Part shown: positions 9,305 to 18,392 of the stretch, one piece after another | Position numbering within the stretch: position 1 is the first letter of the stretch | Layout: each line of letters begins with the position of its first letter | From: Candidatus Gastranaerophilales bacterium | Lineage (GTDB): Bacteria; Cyanobacteriota; Vampirovibrionia; Gastranaerophilales; Gastranaerophilaceae | Length of the DNA: 64,000 nt | Direction of reading: 5' to 3' | Assembly: GCA_910588555.1 (NCBI GenBank) | Contig: CAJUPC010000007.1 | Location: forward strand, 316-64,315 | Program-made: the position numbers and the translations under genes | Notes under the pieces: model-generated | Databases searched by the model: none | Told to the model about the DNA's origin: nothing | What the model saw: the letters and a program-made list of their open reading frames with translations, nothing else

Positions 9305-10597
9305 ATGGACAAATATGATATAATCGTTGTTGGAGGCGGTACTGCAGGATGTGCAGCGGCTTACACGGCAGGAAAACTCGGATTAAAAACTTTATTAATT
9401 GAAAAAAATATACACCTTGGAGGCACAATAACTTCTGCTCTGGTAGTTCCAGCAATGAAATCGGGCGAACATCAGATTAATACTGATTTTTATAATGATT
9501 TAACTGAGGAATTGCACTCTATTGGCGGTCAGGCAACATACCAAAATAATCAAGGCTGGTTCAATCCTGAACTTACCAAAATCGCTCTGGATAATTTAAT
9601 GGCAAAAGCCAATGTGGAAGTGTTTTTTGACACACATATCAGAGATGTAATACTTGATAAAAGACTTATTAGAGGTATAATTATATCTAAAGAAATGTTA
9701 TCTGTATATAACGAAAAGATAGAGGAACAGAACAAAGAGTTATTGGTATCTATCGAAGCGAAATATGTAATTGATGCAACCGGTAATTGTGAAATCGGTA
9801 AACTTTGTGGCTGTGAATTTTTAGAGAAAAAACATGAACAACAGCCTGTCAGTTTACGGTTTATGATGAGTGGAATAGATGTTCCACACTTTGCAGAATG
9901 GTTAAAAGAATTTGATAAAGACAGAAATGTAACTACAGTTGAGGATATAGATGGTTTCATACACCTTTCTACTGCTTATACGTGGGATAAGGATAAAAAA
10001 TGGGCGCTTTCACCTTTATTTGAAGACGCTGTAAGTAAAGGCATACTGAAAGACCACGACAGAAACTATTTTCAGATATTTACAGTAGCCGGAATGCCCT
10101 CTACTATTGCATTTAACTGCCCTCGTGTAATCGATTACACTGAAACACTTGATGTTAGAAATATGTCAAAAGCCTTACAGTTAGCGCGTAAGAACATATT
10201 CAGACTTGCAGAATTCTGTAGAATTTATTTACCGGGATTTGAAAATGCATATATTTCAAATATTGCTGATATGCTTGGTATAAGGGTTTCAAGGCGAATT
10301 AAAGGAAAATACGTTTACACAATTGATGACGTAAAATCGGGAAAAAGATTTCATAATCCTGTTGTAATTTCGGATTATCCTGTTGATGTTCATTCAAAAG
10401 ACCGCGATAAATCAACCTTACAGCTTGTTCAAGACTATCAATTACCGCTTGAAAGTCTTATGTCTGCTGATATTGACAACCTGTTTGTTGCAGGACGCTG
10501 TATATCTGCCGATTTTATGTCACAAGGCGCGCTGAGAGTTCAAGCAAGCTGTTTTTCTATGGGTGAAGGTATTGCTAAATATATAAAAAACTTATAA
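9305..10597 (+). CDS. FAD-dependent oxidoreductase
   Basis: IVVGGGTAG, IDATG, NLFVAGRCIS and ALRVQASC motifs. Confidence 0.9.
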   Translation: MDKYDIIVVGGGTAGCAAAYTAGKLGLKTLLIEKNIHLGGTITSALVVPAMKSGEHQINTDFYNDLTEELHSIGGQATYQNNQGWFNPELTKIALDNLMAKANVEVFFDTHIRDVILDKRLIRGIIISKEMLSVYNEKIEEQNKELLVSIEAKYVIDATGNCEIGKLCGCEFLEKKHEQQPVSLRFMMSGIDVPHFAEWLKEFDKDRNVTTVEDIDGFIHLSTAYTWDKDKKWALSPLFEDAVSKGILKDHDRNYFQIFTVAGMPSTIAFNCPRVIDYTETLDVRNMSKALQLARKNIFRLAEFCRIYLPGFENAYISNIADMLGIRVSRRIKGKYVYTIDDVKSGKRFHNPVVISDYPVDVHSKDRDKSTLQLVQDYQLPLESLMSADIDNLFVAGRCISADFMSQGALRVQASCFSMGEGIAKYIKNL

Positions 10598-11289
10598 CTT
10601 GTGCGGATAATCTTTTTTAAATTCCCAACCGTCATGCATAAGAAGTTGAGTGCAGAATTGCCTTTCTTTTTTGCACAAATTTATGAGATTGTTTCTATCA
10701 TGCATATCTTTGGTATATTTAACTTCATCAGGTGTCAGATTATTATTCATATCATCAATATCACCTGTAAATTGATAAGGAATAAAACCGCTAGTTTTCC
10801 AAATACTAAAATAAAATGCATCTTTTCCAAGGTATGATTTTGAATAATCTTTATTTAGAAATAAAACTATATCAAGACTATCATACGTAAATCTTTGGAT
10901 ACGCAATATATAGCCGTCACTAAAGTAAATATAAAAAGTATTGTTTTGCTTTTCAGTTTTAAGTATATTTTTAAAATTAGATGCCAGATATGTATTCCAA
11001 AAATTTTCAATATAATCAACATTTTGAACTGGAAACCACCAACTCCAATTTTCAGTCAGTGTATCGTTATACACGTTATAAAGTTGAATTGATTGCTGCA
11101 TTGTTGAGTAAAACTTTTTCAATTTAACAGAATGTACATATTTTTTATAATTTTGAATAAGTGCAGGCATAGTTAATGCTGCAACAACGCCGATAATTCC
11201 CAGCGTAATTAAAACCTCTGCAAGTGTAAAACCTCTTAAGGAGCTAAGATTGCCCCCCCCCCGACAGACTCGGTAAATAACTTTTTCAT
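10592..11289 (-). CDS. Type IV pilin-like protein, frameshifted at a G10 tract in the leader (phase-OFF; G11 restores the frame)
   Basis: GFTLAEVLITLGIIGVVAALT. The RBS AAGGAG fits ATG 11289, whose frame MKKLFTESVGGGAILAP* stops after the tract. Confidence 0.8.
11242..11266. repeat. GCTAAGATTG-C10-GACA homopolymer cassette (antisense to its pilin gene)
   Basis: C run 11253-11262; near-identical flanks at 29315 and 33963. Confidence 0.85.
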
Positions 11290-11357
11290 ACTTCAACTCC
11301 TTTGTTTTTATCTACATTTTTTATTATAAACGATTTTTTCAAATTTTCAAGATGTAA

Positions 11358-12716
11358 TTATTCTTTATTTACCATGCCCATAAGTATTTGAGCGGCGTTT
11401 AATAATGGGTCTATTGTCGGAGAATAAGGCGGAGCATAAGTTATATCGTTTTTGAAAAAATTAGCAACAGTCATTCCCGATAGTAATGCTGCAGTTACCG
11501 TATTAACCCTTTTATCGGCATCACCAGCACCAACTGCCTGACAACCCAGCAATAAACCTGTTTTTTTATCTGCTACCAGTTTTAGTGTAATATTATTTAC
11601 GTCAGGCATATAACCGACTTTATCATTTTTAGTAACTTTTACAAATACAGGTTCATAGCCGAGTTGTTCAGCTTTTGAAACTGTCAGGCCTGTTAAAGAC
11701 ATAGTTAATGATAAACATCTGGTTACAGCAGAGCCCAAAACTCCATGAAATCTGTCTTCACCGCCGCATGCATTGATTGCTGCAGTTCTGCCTTCTTTAT
11801 TTGCATTTGAACCTAAAGGCATCCAAATTTTTGTATTGGATATAATCAAATTTTCCTCGACACAATCACCGCATGCATATATGTCCTCAAAATTTGTCTG
11901 CATTTTGTCATTAACTTTGATAGCACCTGTTTCACCGATAGCAATACCTGCTTCACGTGCGATTTCTACGTTAGGAGTTGCACCTGCTGCAATAATTACC
12001 ATGTCAGTTTCAATCTCCTTACCGGAACCTGTTCGTACAGTATTAACACCTGAATTATCACCCGAAAATTCTGTTACTAACTCTGATGTATAAATATCAA
12101 ATCTGCCATCGCTTATTGAAAGTAACTGCTCATATATCAAACTTGACATATCATTATCAAAATGACGCATTAAACCTGAAGAATATTCAAACAAAGTAAC
12201 ATGCAAATTTTGCTTAACCAGTGCTTCAAGCATTTCAATTCCGATGTAGCCGCCCCCTATTATTACAGCTTTTTTTGAATTAAGAGCTTTTTCTTTTATC
12301 GCAATCCCATCTTCAATTTTTCGAACGGTAAAAATATTTTTCAAATCAACATTTTTAATCGGCGGAATTGTGGGTCGAGCGCCGGTTGCAATAATTAATT
12401 TATCATAGTCTTCAAGAAAAGCATGATTATTGTCCAAGTCCTCTATTAAAACCTGCTTGCAGTGAGGCATAATTTTTGCCGCACGATTTCTTAGATGAAT
12501 ATGAACATTTTTCTGTTCAAATTCTTCGGGCGAACGAACTAAAAGCATTCTATAATCTTCAAAATTGCCTTCAATATAATAAGGCAATCCGCACGCTGAA
12601 TAAGAAATATGTGTGTCATCTGTGTATAAATCAATAATTGCATCAGGCAATATTCTTCTTGCCTTTGCTGCAGCTTTTGCGCCTGCTGCTACTCCGCCTA
12701 AAATTACTATCTTCAT
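11358..12716 (-). CDS. CoA-disulfide reductase / NADH oxidase family flavoprotein
   Basis: GGVAAG, SYSACGLPY redox Cys, GGGYIG, YAPPYSP C-terminal motif. Confidence 0.9.
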   Translation of the reverse strand: MKIVILGGVAAGAKAAAKARRILPDAIIDLYTDDTHISYSACGLPYYIEGNFEDYRMLLVRSPEEFEQKNVHIHLRNRAAKIMPHCKQVLIEDLDNNHAFLEDYDKLIIATGARPTIPPIKNVDLKNIFTVRKIEDGIAIKEKALNSKKAVIIGGGYIGIEMLEALVKQNLHVTLFEYSSGLMRHFDNDMSSLIYEQLLSISDGRFDIYTSELVTEFSGDNSGVNTVRTGSGKEIETDMVIIAAGATPNVEIAREAGIAIGETGAIKVNDKMQTNFEDIYACGDCVEENLIISNTKIWMPLGSNANKEGRTAAINACGGEDRFHGVLGSAVTRCLSLTMSLTGLTVSKAEQLGYEPVFVKVTKNDKVGYMPDVNNITLKLVADKKTGLLLGCQAVGAGDADKRVNTVTAALLSGMTVANFFKNDITYAPPYSPTIDPLLNAAQILMGMVNKE

Positions 12717-12758
12717 AACATTAAAATAAGCGGATTAAAGAAATAATACATTACACAC

Positions 12759-12899
12759 CTAGTTTAATCCTGATGTATTTAATATAACACCTTTCATAAA
12801 CTCGCAATATGCGTCAATATCTTCCTGCATTTTTTCAACATTTTCAACTAAATTGGTTATTTCAACAATAAGTTTTTCATTTTTTAAGTCTTCGTACAT
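12759..12899 (-). CDS. 46-aa small helical protein (below ORF-track cutoff)
   Basis: RBS GAGGAG; MYEDLKNEKLIVEITNLVENVEKMQEDIDAYCEFMKGVILNTSGLN*; sigma28-like promoter upstream. Confidence 0.7.
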   Translation of the reverse strand: MYEDLKNEKLIVEITNLVENVEKMQEDIDAYCEFMKGVILNTSGLN

Positions 12900-12924
12900 A
12901 ATACACACTCCTCTTGTATTATAC

Positions 12925-12974
12925 ACATCGGAAGTTTTTAGATTTTCTTTAATAAAATTCTTATTTTTGTAACA
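12925..12974 (-). promoter_or_regulatory. Sigma28-like promoter with upstream TGTTAC box
   Basis: Minus strand TGTTAC-N17-TAAA-N15-TCCGATGT. Confidence 0.6.
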
Positions 12975-12985
12975 AATATTTATAT

Positions 12986-13867
12986 CTAATCTTCATTATA
13001 AACAAGTTTTTTACGCAAATTCCACTGAATAAGCGTCAATACAAGGATTACAACAAACAAAACATATGCGATTGCAGAGGCTTTACCGGCATTAAAATAT
13101 TCAAAAGCATTTTTATAAATAGCATATACAAGAACATTTGTGCTGTCTAAAGGACCCCCCTGAGTCATTAAGTATATTAAATCAAATACTTGAAAAGAGC
13201 TTATTGCAGTTATAATTACAACAAAAAATATTGTTGGTGATAAAAGAGGTACCGTTACATTCTTGAATGTCTGCAAAGAAGTCGCGCCGTCAATTTTTGC
13301 GGCTTCAAACATACTTTGAGAAATTCCGGATAATGCAGAAAGAAAAATTATCATATTATAACCTATAAGTTTCCATACAGAAACAATTATCAAAGCAGGC
13401 ATTGCAAAATGTGTGTCATATAGCCAGTTTATATGAAGATGTAAAATGTGATTCAAAAGTCCTATGTTTGGGTCAAAAATCCATTCCCAAACAATCCCGA
13501 TTACAATCATTGGCGTAATAAACGGCAAAAAATACGCAGTCTTATAAAATTCAGACCCTCTTATTTTAGAATTCAGAATACAAGCAAGTACAAGCGGTAT
13601 AATAACCCCTAAAATTGAGGTTGAAAGAGCAAATACAATCGTATTCCAAAATATTTTATAGAATAAAGGTTCTGAAAATATTTCTTTATAATTATCTAAT
13701 CCCGCAAACTGAATAGGGTTCAACAAATCCCATTTAGCAAAACTTAAGCCAAATGAGCAAATCACAGGTATTATGATAAATATAAAAGTCCCTATTAAAG
13801 CGGGAAATATAAATATCCAGCCTGCAAATTTTTGATTATTGGCAAGATTATCAATAAACTTTTTCAT
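12986..13867 (-). CDS. Carbohydrate ABC transporter permease (MalF/UgpA type)
   Basis: EAAKIDGA motif, TQGGP, six TM segments. Probable start MKKFID at 13867. Confidence 0.9.
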   Translation of the reverse strand: MKKFIDNLANNQKFAGWIFIFPALIGTFIFIIIPVICSFGLSFAKWDLLNPIQFAGLDNYKEIFSEPLFYKIFWNTIVFALSTSILGVIIPLVLACILNSKIRGSEFYKTAYFLPFITPMIVIGIVWEWIFDPNIGLLNHILHLHINWLYDTHFAMPALIIVSVWKLIGYNMIIFLSALSGISQSMFEAAKIDGATSLQTFKNVTVPLLSPTIFFVVIITAISSFQVFDLIYLMTQGGPLDSTNVLVYAIYKNAFEYFNAGKASAIAYVLFVVILVLTLIQWNLRKKLVYNED

Positions 13868-13901
13868 GATATAATTATACAATAAAAGGGGAGAATTTAA
13901 T

Positions 13902-15365
13902 ATGCAAAAATATGAACACGCTTTTGGAAAAAATGATATTCGCGGAATATACGGCGAAGACATAACAGAAGAGCTTTATTATAATATCGGCAGAGGCTTT
14001 GTAGAATGGCTGAAAAAACAATCTGCAAAAAAAGAATGTGACATGTGGATTACAATTACACGTGACGCACGTCTGCATTCTCCTGCTCTTGAAAAAGCAT
14101 TGACAGAAGGCATAACCTCCACTGGCGCAAATGCTATTCATTTAGGACTCGCACCGACCCCTATCGGTTATTATTCGGAAGTCGTCGGATTGCCTGAGGA
14201 AATTACTGACGGTAAAAAGGTCATTGCTGCGGCTATTATTACGGCAAGCCATAATCCTTCTGAATATAACGGCTTAAAAATGACTTATGCAAACAGAACA
14301 CTTACAGAAAGCCAGATTGCAGAAGTTAAAAACTTTACATTTAAAGAATTTGAATTTGCCCATGAACCTTCCATTCCTCAAGGATGTATTAAGGAATATA
14401 ATATTATTCCCGATTATATTAAAGACATGAAAAATCGTTTCGGCAAAGTCGGTGAAGGTGTTAAAGTCGTTGTTGACAGTGCAAACGCTACAGGCGGGGT
14501 AGTAGGTCCGCAATTATATAATGAATTGGGTTGTGAAGTTATAGAACTCTTTTCCGAACCTGACGGAAATTTCCCTAATCACCATCCAAATCCTAGCGTC
14601 GAAAAAACTCTTGATACATTAAAAGAAGTTGTTGTTGAAAATAAGGCAGATATTGGTATTGCATACGACGGCGACAGTGACAGAATAGGCATTATTGACG
14701 CACAGGGCAGATTTTTAACAGGTGATAAACTGCTTCTTATATATGCAATGGATTTAATTGAAGATTGTAAAAAAACAGGCACCTGCCCGACTGTTGTAAG
14801 CGAAGTTAAATGTTCGCAGGTTTTGTACGACACTATTAATAAACTGGGCGGCAACGCAGTTATGTGTAAAACAGGACACGGGTATATTAAAGACAAAATG
14901 AAAGAAACTAACGCATTGCTTGCCGGAGAAATGAGCGGTCACACCTTCTTCAAAGACAGATATTACGGTTTTGATGACGCTGTTTATGCAGGCTGTAGAA
15001 TTATTGAAATTATTGCAAAACATAAAAAAGTCAATCCTGATTTTACAATTTCCGACATGCTTAAACCTTTTGATGAAGTTTGTTCTTCCTCAGAAGTACG
15101 TTTTCCTTGTCCAAATGAACTTAAAAAAGAAACTTTGGAAAAAGTTAAAAAATGCGTTGAAAACAATGCAAATCTTTTTGGTTCGGAAATTAAGGAAATT
15201 ATTACTCTTGACGGAATGAGAATTGTGTTTGACGGAGGGTTTGCACTAATTCGTCAAAGCAACACGGAACCTGTATTTACATTGAGATTTGAGGCAAAAA
15301 ACAAAGAAGAATGCGAACGCTTTAAATCTTGCATGATAAATACTTTAGAAAATATTTTGAAATAA
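13902..15365 (+). CDS. Phosphomannomutase/phosphoglucomutase
   Basis: TASHNP, DGDSDR, GEMSGH, RQSNTEP. Confidence 0.95.
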   Translation: MQKYEHAFGKNDIRGIYGEDITEELYYNIGRGFVEWLKKQSAKKECDMWITITRDARLHSPALEKALTEGITSTGANAIHLGLAPTPIGYYSEVVGLPEEITDGKKVIAAAIITASHNPSEYNGLKMTYANRTLTESQIAEVKNFTFKEFEFAHEPSIPQGCIKEYNIIPDYIKDMKNRFGKVGEGVKVVVDSANATGGVVGPQLYNELGCEVIELFSEPDGNFPNHHPNPSVEKTLDTLKEVVVENKADIGIAYDGDSDRIGIIDAQGRFLTGDKLLLIYAMDLIEDCKKTGTCPTVVSEVKCSQVLYDTINKLGGNAVMCKTGHGYIKDKMKETNALLAGEMSGHTFFKDRYYGFDDAVYAGCRIIEIIAKHKKVNPDFTISDMLKPFDEVCSSSEVRFPCPNELKKETLEKVKKCVENNANLFGSEIKEIITLDGMRIVFDGGFALIRQSNTEPVFTLRFEAKNKEECERFKSCMINTLENILK

Positions 15366-15430
15366 ACTAGCAAAAAATAATATTTACACGTTTTTACCTT
15401 TCTGTATTTAATGCAGGAAGGTAAAATATT

Positions 15431-15841
15431 ATGCAAGTTAACAACAATCGTTCAAGCAATCCTAATTTCACAGCAATAAGAGTAGTTAAAGCTACACCGC
15501 AGGAAATTAAGAATTTTTCAAACAATTTCAAACATTTTGCAGGTAAAAATTTAATGTTTCAAGAGAAAACACAATCACCTTTAATAGTAATTACAGGCAT
15601 CGATAAAGTAAAATACGCTATAAAAGCAATTAAAGATATGTTTTTAGGTTTAAATTATTCAAACGAAGCAAAACGCATATATATGCGTACTCGTACACCT
15701 TACAGTACAGCAGCTGCTGAATGCGAAAAAATGTTTAAAGACAATAAATCAGCCTCTTTAAAAGATTTTTTACAAAAAAATAATGCAAAACATATAAGTA
15801 TGGATGAGCTTATTCAAGAAGTTCAAGCTAATAAAATTTAA
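15431..15841 (+). CDS. Hypothetical protein with N-rich leader (MQVNNNRSSNPNFTA)
   Basis: 136-aa ORF with RBS AGGAAGG. Confidence 0.65.
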   Translation: MQVNNNRSSNPNFTAIRVVKATPQEIKNFSNNFKHFAGKNLMFQEKTQSPLIVITGIDKVKYAIKAIKDMFLGLNYSNEAKRIYMRTRTPYSTAAAECEKMFKDNKSASLKDFLQKNNAKHISMDELIQEVQANKI

Positions 15842-16062
15842 AACTTAAGAAGCTCATAAGGTTCAATATTAAGAGCTTTTGCAATTAGTCGAATGCGTGA
15901 CAGAGGTATATCCCTGTGCGCATTTTCGATATTTGCGATATAAGAATTATCAGCCTCAATTTCAAAGCTTAATTGTTCTTGTGTCATACCGCGTTCTTTT
16001 CTCAAAAATCGAACTCTCTGCCCGAATTTTTTATGAAACACTTTATCCATTTTTTTACCCAT
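15838..16062 (-). CDS. XRE-family HTH transcriptional regulator, divergent from a pilin gene
   Basis: FGQRVRFLRKERGMTQEQLS...YIANIE...IAKALNI. Confidence 0.9.
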   Translation of the reverse strand: MGKKMDKVFHKKFGQRVRFLRKERGMTQEQLSFEIEADNSYIANIENAHRDIPLSRIRLIAKALNIEPYELLKF

Positions 16063-16151
16063 AAATTAAGATATATCAAATAATCAGAATAAAAATATTG
16101 CTATTTTGGAGATTATATCTTATAATTACTTATAGAAAGGGGATATATGGC

Positions 16152-16841
16152 ATGAAAAATTTTGCATTTACTTTAGCTGAGCTTTTAATCACATTAGGTA
16201 TTATTGGAGTAGTTGCTGCAATGACAATACCGACACTTATTCAAAATCACAAGAGACATTCAACTGCAGTGAGTGTTAAGAAATTTTATAGTATTTTAAC
16301 ACAGGCAATTAAGCTGTCTGAAATTGATAACGGACCGTCTGGACAATGGCTCAAAGAAAAAATGGCTTATGATGAAAATGAAAATTTACAAAAAGCTGAA
16401 AATGCTCAACTTGCACTTAAATATTTTAACAAATATTTAAAAGATTATATTAAATATATCAAGATTGATGAAAATCCGAGAGAACTTCAAACTGACAATG
16501 AACCTGCAGCAATGATTAAAGTGTACTTAGCAGATGGAAGCACTTTTTTCTTAAATAATGGAATGTGTGCACACTTCATTTTTGATGCAAACGGTGATAA
16601 AAAACCTAATATGCATGGGAAAGATAAATTTAATTTCTTATTATGTCATGATGACTTAAATAAGAAAGTTTTCTTAGGAGAAAATAATAACAGCAACTTT
16701 GGTCCTTATTGTGAAAATGCAAACAATTGCATAAACAGAGAAGCTGCAAAACTTAAATGTGAAACAACTCCTCATACTTGTGCAAATTTATTAATGTTTG
16801 ACGGTTGGAAATTTAAAGACGATTATCCGATAAAATTGTAA
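16152..16841 (+). CDS. Type IV pilin-like protein (short intact leader)
   Basis: MKNFAFTLAELLITLGIIGVVAAMT, DANGDKKPN motif, C-term DGWKFKDDYPIKL. Confidence 0.9.
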   Translation: MKNFAFTLAELLITLGIIGVVAAMTIPTLIQNHKRHSTAVSVKKFYSILTQAIKLSEIDNGPSGQWLKEKMAYDENENLQKAENAQLALKYFNKYLKDYIKYIKIDENPRELQTDNEPAAMIKVYLADGSTFFLNNGMCAHFIFDANGDKKPNMHGKDKFNFLLCHDDLNKKVFLGENNNSNFGPYCENANNCINREAAKLKCETTPHTCANLLMFDGWKFKDDYPIKL

Positions 16842-16849
16842 ATATATGC

Positions 16850-16950
16850 TTGATTTTTATTATTTTTGCTGTTAAAATTAATCTTGTCAGAAAAGTTAAC
16901 GCGAATATTTTATCATAGACTTTAGTTAGTCTTTATTGATGTATTCGTTT
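16850..16950 (+). promoter_or_regulatory. Promoter and hairpin leader of rpsE-rpmD-rplO-secY
   Basis: TTGATT-N17-TAAAAT, then a long imperfect stem CGAATA..ATCA.AGACT / AGTCT..TGAT.TATTCG (16898-16950). Confidence 0.55.
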
Positions 16951-16997
16951 TTATATTGAATTTAACACTAAAAACATTAAAATGAAAGGTAAAATCA

Positions 16998-17627
16998 ATG
17001 GATTTAGAAAACAAAGAAGAAATCGTTGTAGAAGAAACTGCAACTGAAACTACAGAAGTAGCTGCAGCAGAAGAAACTTCTGAAGAAAGACCTAGAAGAC
17101 GCGGCCGCGGCAGAAAACAAAAAATTGAAACAACAGAAGAAAAACCTCAATCTGAATGGGTTGAACGTGTTGTTCAAATCAGCCGTGTAACAAAAGTTGT
17201 TAAAGGCGGTAAAAAATTAAGCTTCCGTGCTATCGTTATTGTTGGTAACAAAAAAGGTCAGGTTGGCGTTGGATGTGCTAAAGCGGCAGAAGTTATTATC
17301 GCTATCCAAAAAGCTATTGCTGACGGAAGAAAAAATCTTATCAATGTACCTATCTTTAAAACAACTATTCCTCACCCGATTACAGGACGTTCAGGTGCAG
17401 GTTCTGTTATGCTTAAACCGGCATCTCAAGGTACCGGTATTATCGCAGGCGGTGCTGTAAGATTAGTTCTTGAACTTGCAGGTATTGAAAACATCCTTGC
17501 TAAATCTTTAGGTTCAAAAGCTCCTCTTAACGCTGCTAACGCAACTTTGGAAGCTTTAAAAGCATTAACTCCGTTCAAAGAAGTTGCTGAAAAACGCGGT
17601 TTGACTATGGCTGAATTGTTGAATTAA
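16998..17627 (+). CDS. rpsE: 30S ribosomal protein S5 with acidic/basic N-terminal extension
   Basis: [21 protein letters not shown]. Confidence 0.98.
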   Translation: MDLENKEEIVVEETATETTEVAAAEETSEERPRRRGRGRKQKIETTEEKPQSEWVERVVQISRVTKVVKGGKKLSFRAIVIVGNKKGQVGVGCAKAAEVIIAIQKAIADGRKNLINVPIFKTTIPHPITGRSGAGSVMLKPASQGTGIIAGGAVRLVLELAGIENILAKSLGSKAPLNAANATLEALKALTPFKEVAEKRGLTMAELLN

Positions 17628-17673
17628 TCAGTCGGGTTATTGTATTGAATAAAATTAAAAAGGAAAATAGAAA

Positions 17674-17865
17674 ATGGCAAAAACAGAATTAAAACAAATA
17701 AAAATTAAACTTGTAAGAAGCCTTATAGGTGCTTCTGAAAAACAACGCAGAGTTGTTGCAGGTTTAGGTTTATCTAAACAAGATCAAGTTGTAGAACACT
17801 ACAACAGCGCTACTATTTTAGGTATGGTAAACAAAGTACCTCACTTAGTACAAATCGTTGAATAG
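17674..17865 (+). CDS. rpmD: 50S ribosomal protein L30
   Basis: IKLVRSLIG...LGL...GMVNKVPHLV; position between rpsE and rplO. Confidence 0.95.
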   Translation: MAKTELKQIKIKLVRSLIGASEKQRRVVAGLGLSKQDQVVEHYNSATILGMVNKVPHLVQIVE

Positions 17866-17936
17866 TTATTAATCGCGTATAGCCTTGCGGCGATAGTGAT
17901 AATTAGCGAGCGGTTACATAATTAAAAGAAAGGAAA

Positions 17937-18392
17937 ATGAAAAAAATGACAATTACATTAGAAGATTTAAGACCTGCAGAAGGTGCTACACATAAATCAA
18001 AAAGAGTAGGAAGAGGACGTTCATCAGGACACGGTAAAACATCTTGCCGCGGTCATAACGGTGAAGGACAGCGTTCAGGAAACTCTTCTAAAAGAGGATT
18101 TGAAGGCGGCCAAATGCCAGGTTACAGACAAATGCCTAAATTAAAAGGCTTCAAACTTATTAACCAGTTGAGATATGCTGAAATTAATGTTGGCAGAATT
18201 GCTCAATACGGTTTGAAAGAAGTTTCTTTTGAAATCTTGAAAGAAGCAGGCAGAATTCACCCGACTTGCGTTGGATTAAGAGTTCTTGGCAACGGTGAAT
18301 TAAATGAAGCAGTTACTGTTAAAGCTTCTTATGTTACTCCATCAGCAAAAGAAAAAATTGAAAAAGCAGGCGGAAAGGTTGAGTTAGTATAA
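17937..18392 (+). CDS. rplO: 50S ribosomal protein L15
   Basis: RVGRG..SGHGKT..RGH.G, GFEGGQMP. Confidence 0.97.
   Translation: MKKMTITLEDLRPAEGATHKSKRVGRGRSSGHGKTSCRGHNGEGQRSGNSSKRGFEGGQMPGYRQMPKLKGFKLINQLRYAEINVGRIAQYGLKEVSFEILKEAGRIHPTCVGLRVLGNGELNEAVTVKASYVTPSAKEKIEKAGGKVELV

Noticed and set aside
11290..11296. ORF-track TTG start 11296
   Set aside because: It abuts the AAGGAG RBS with no spacer; ATG 11289 has normal spacing.
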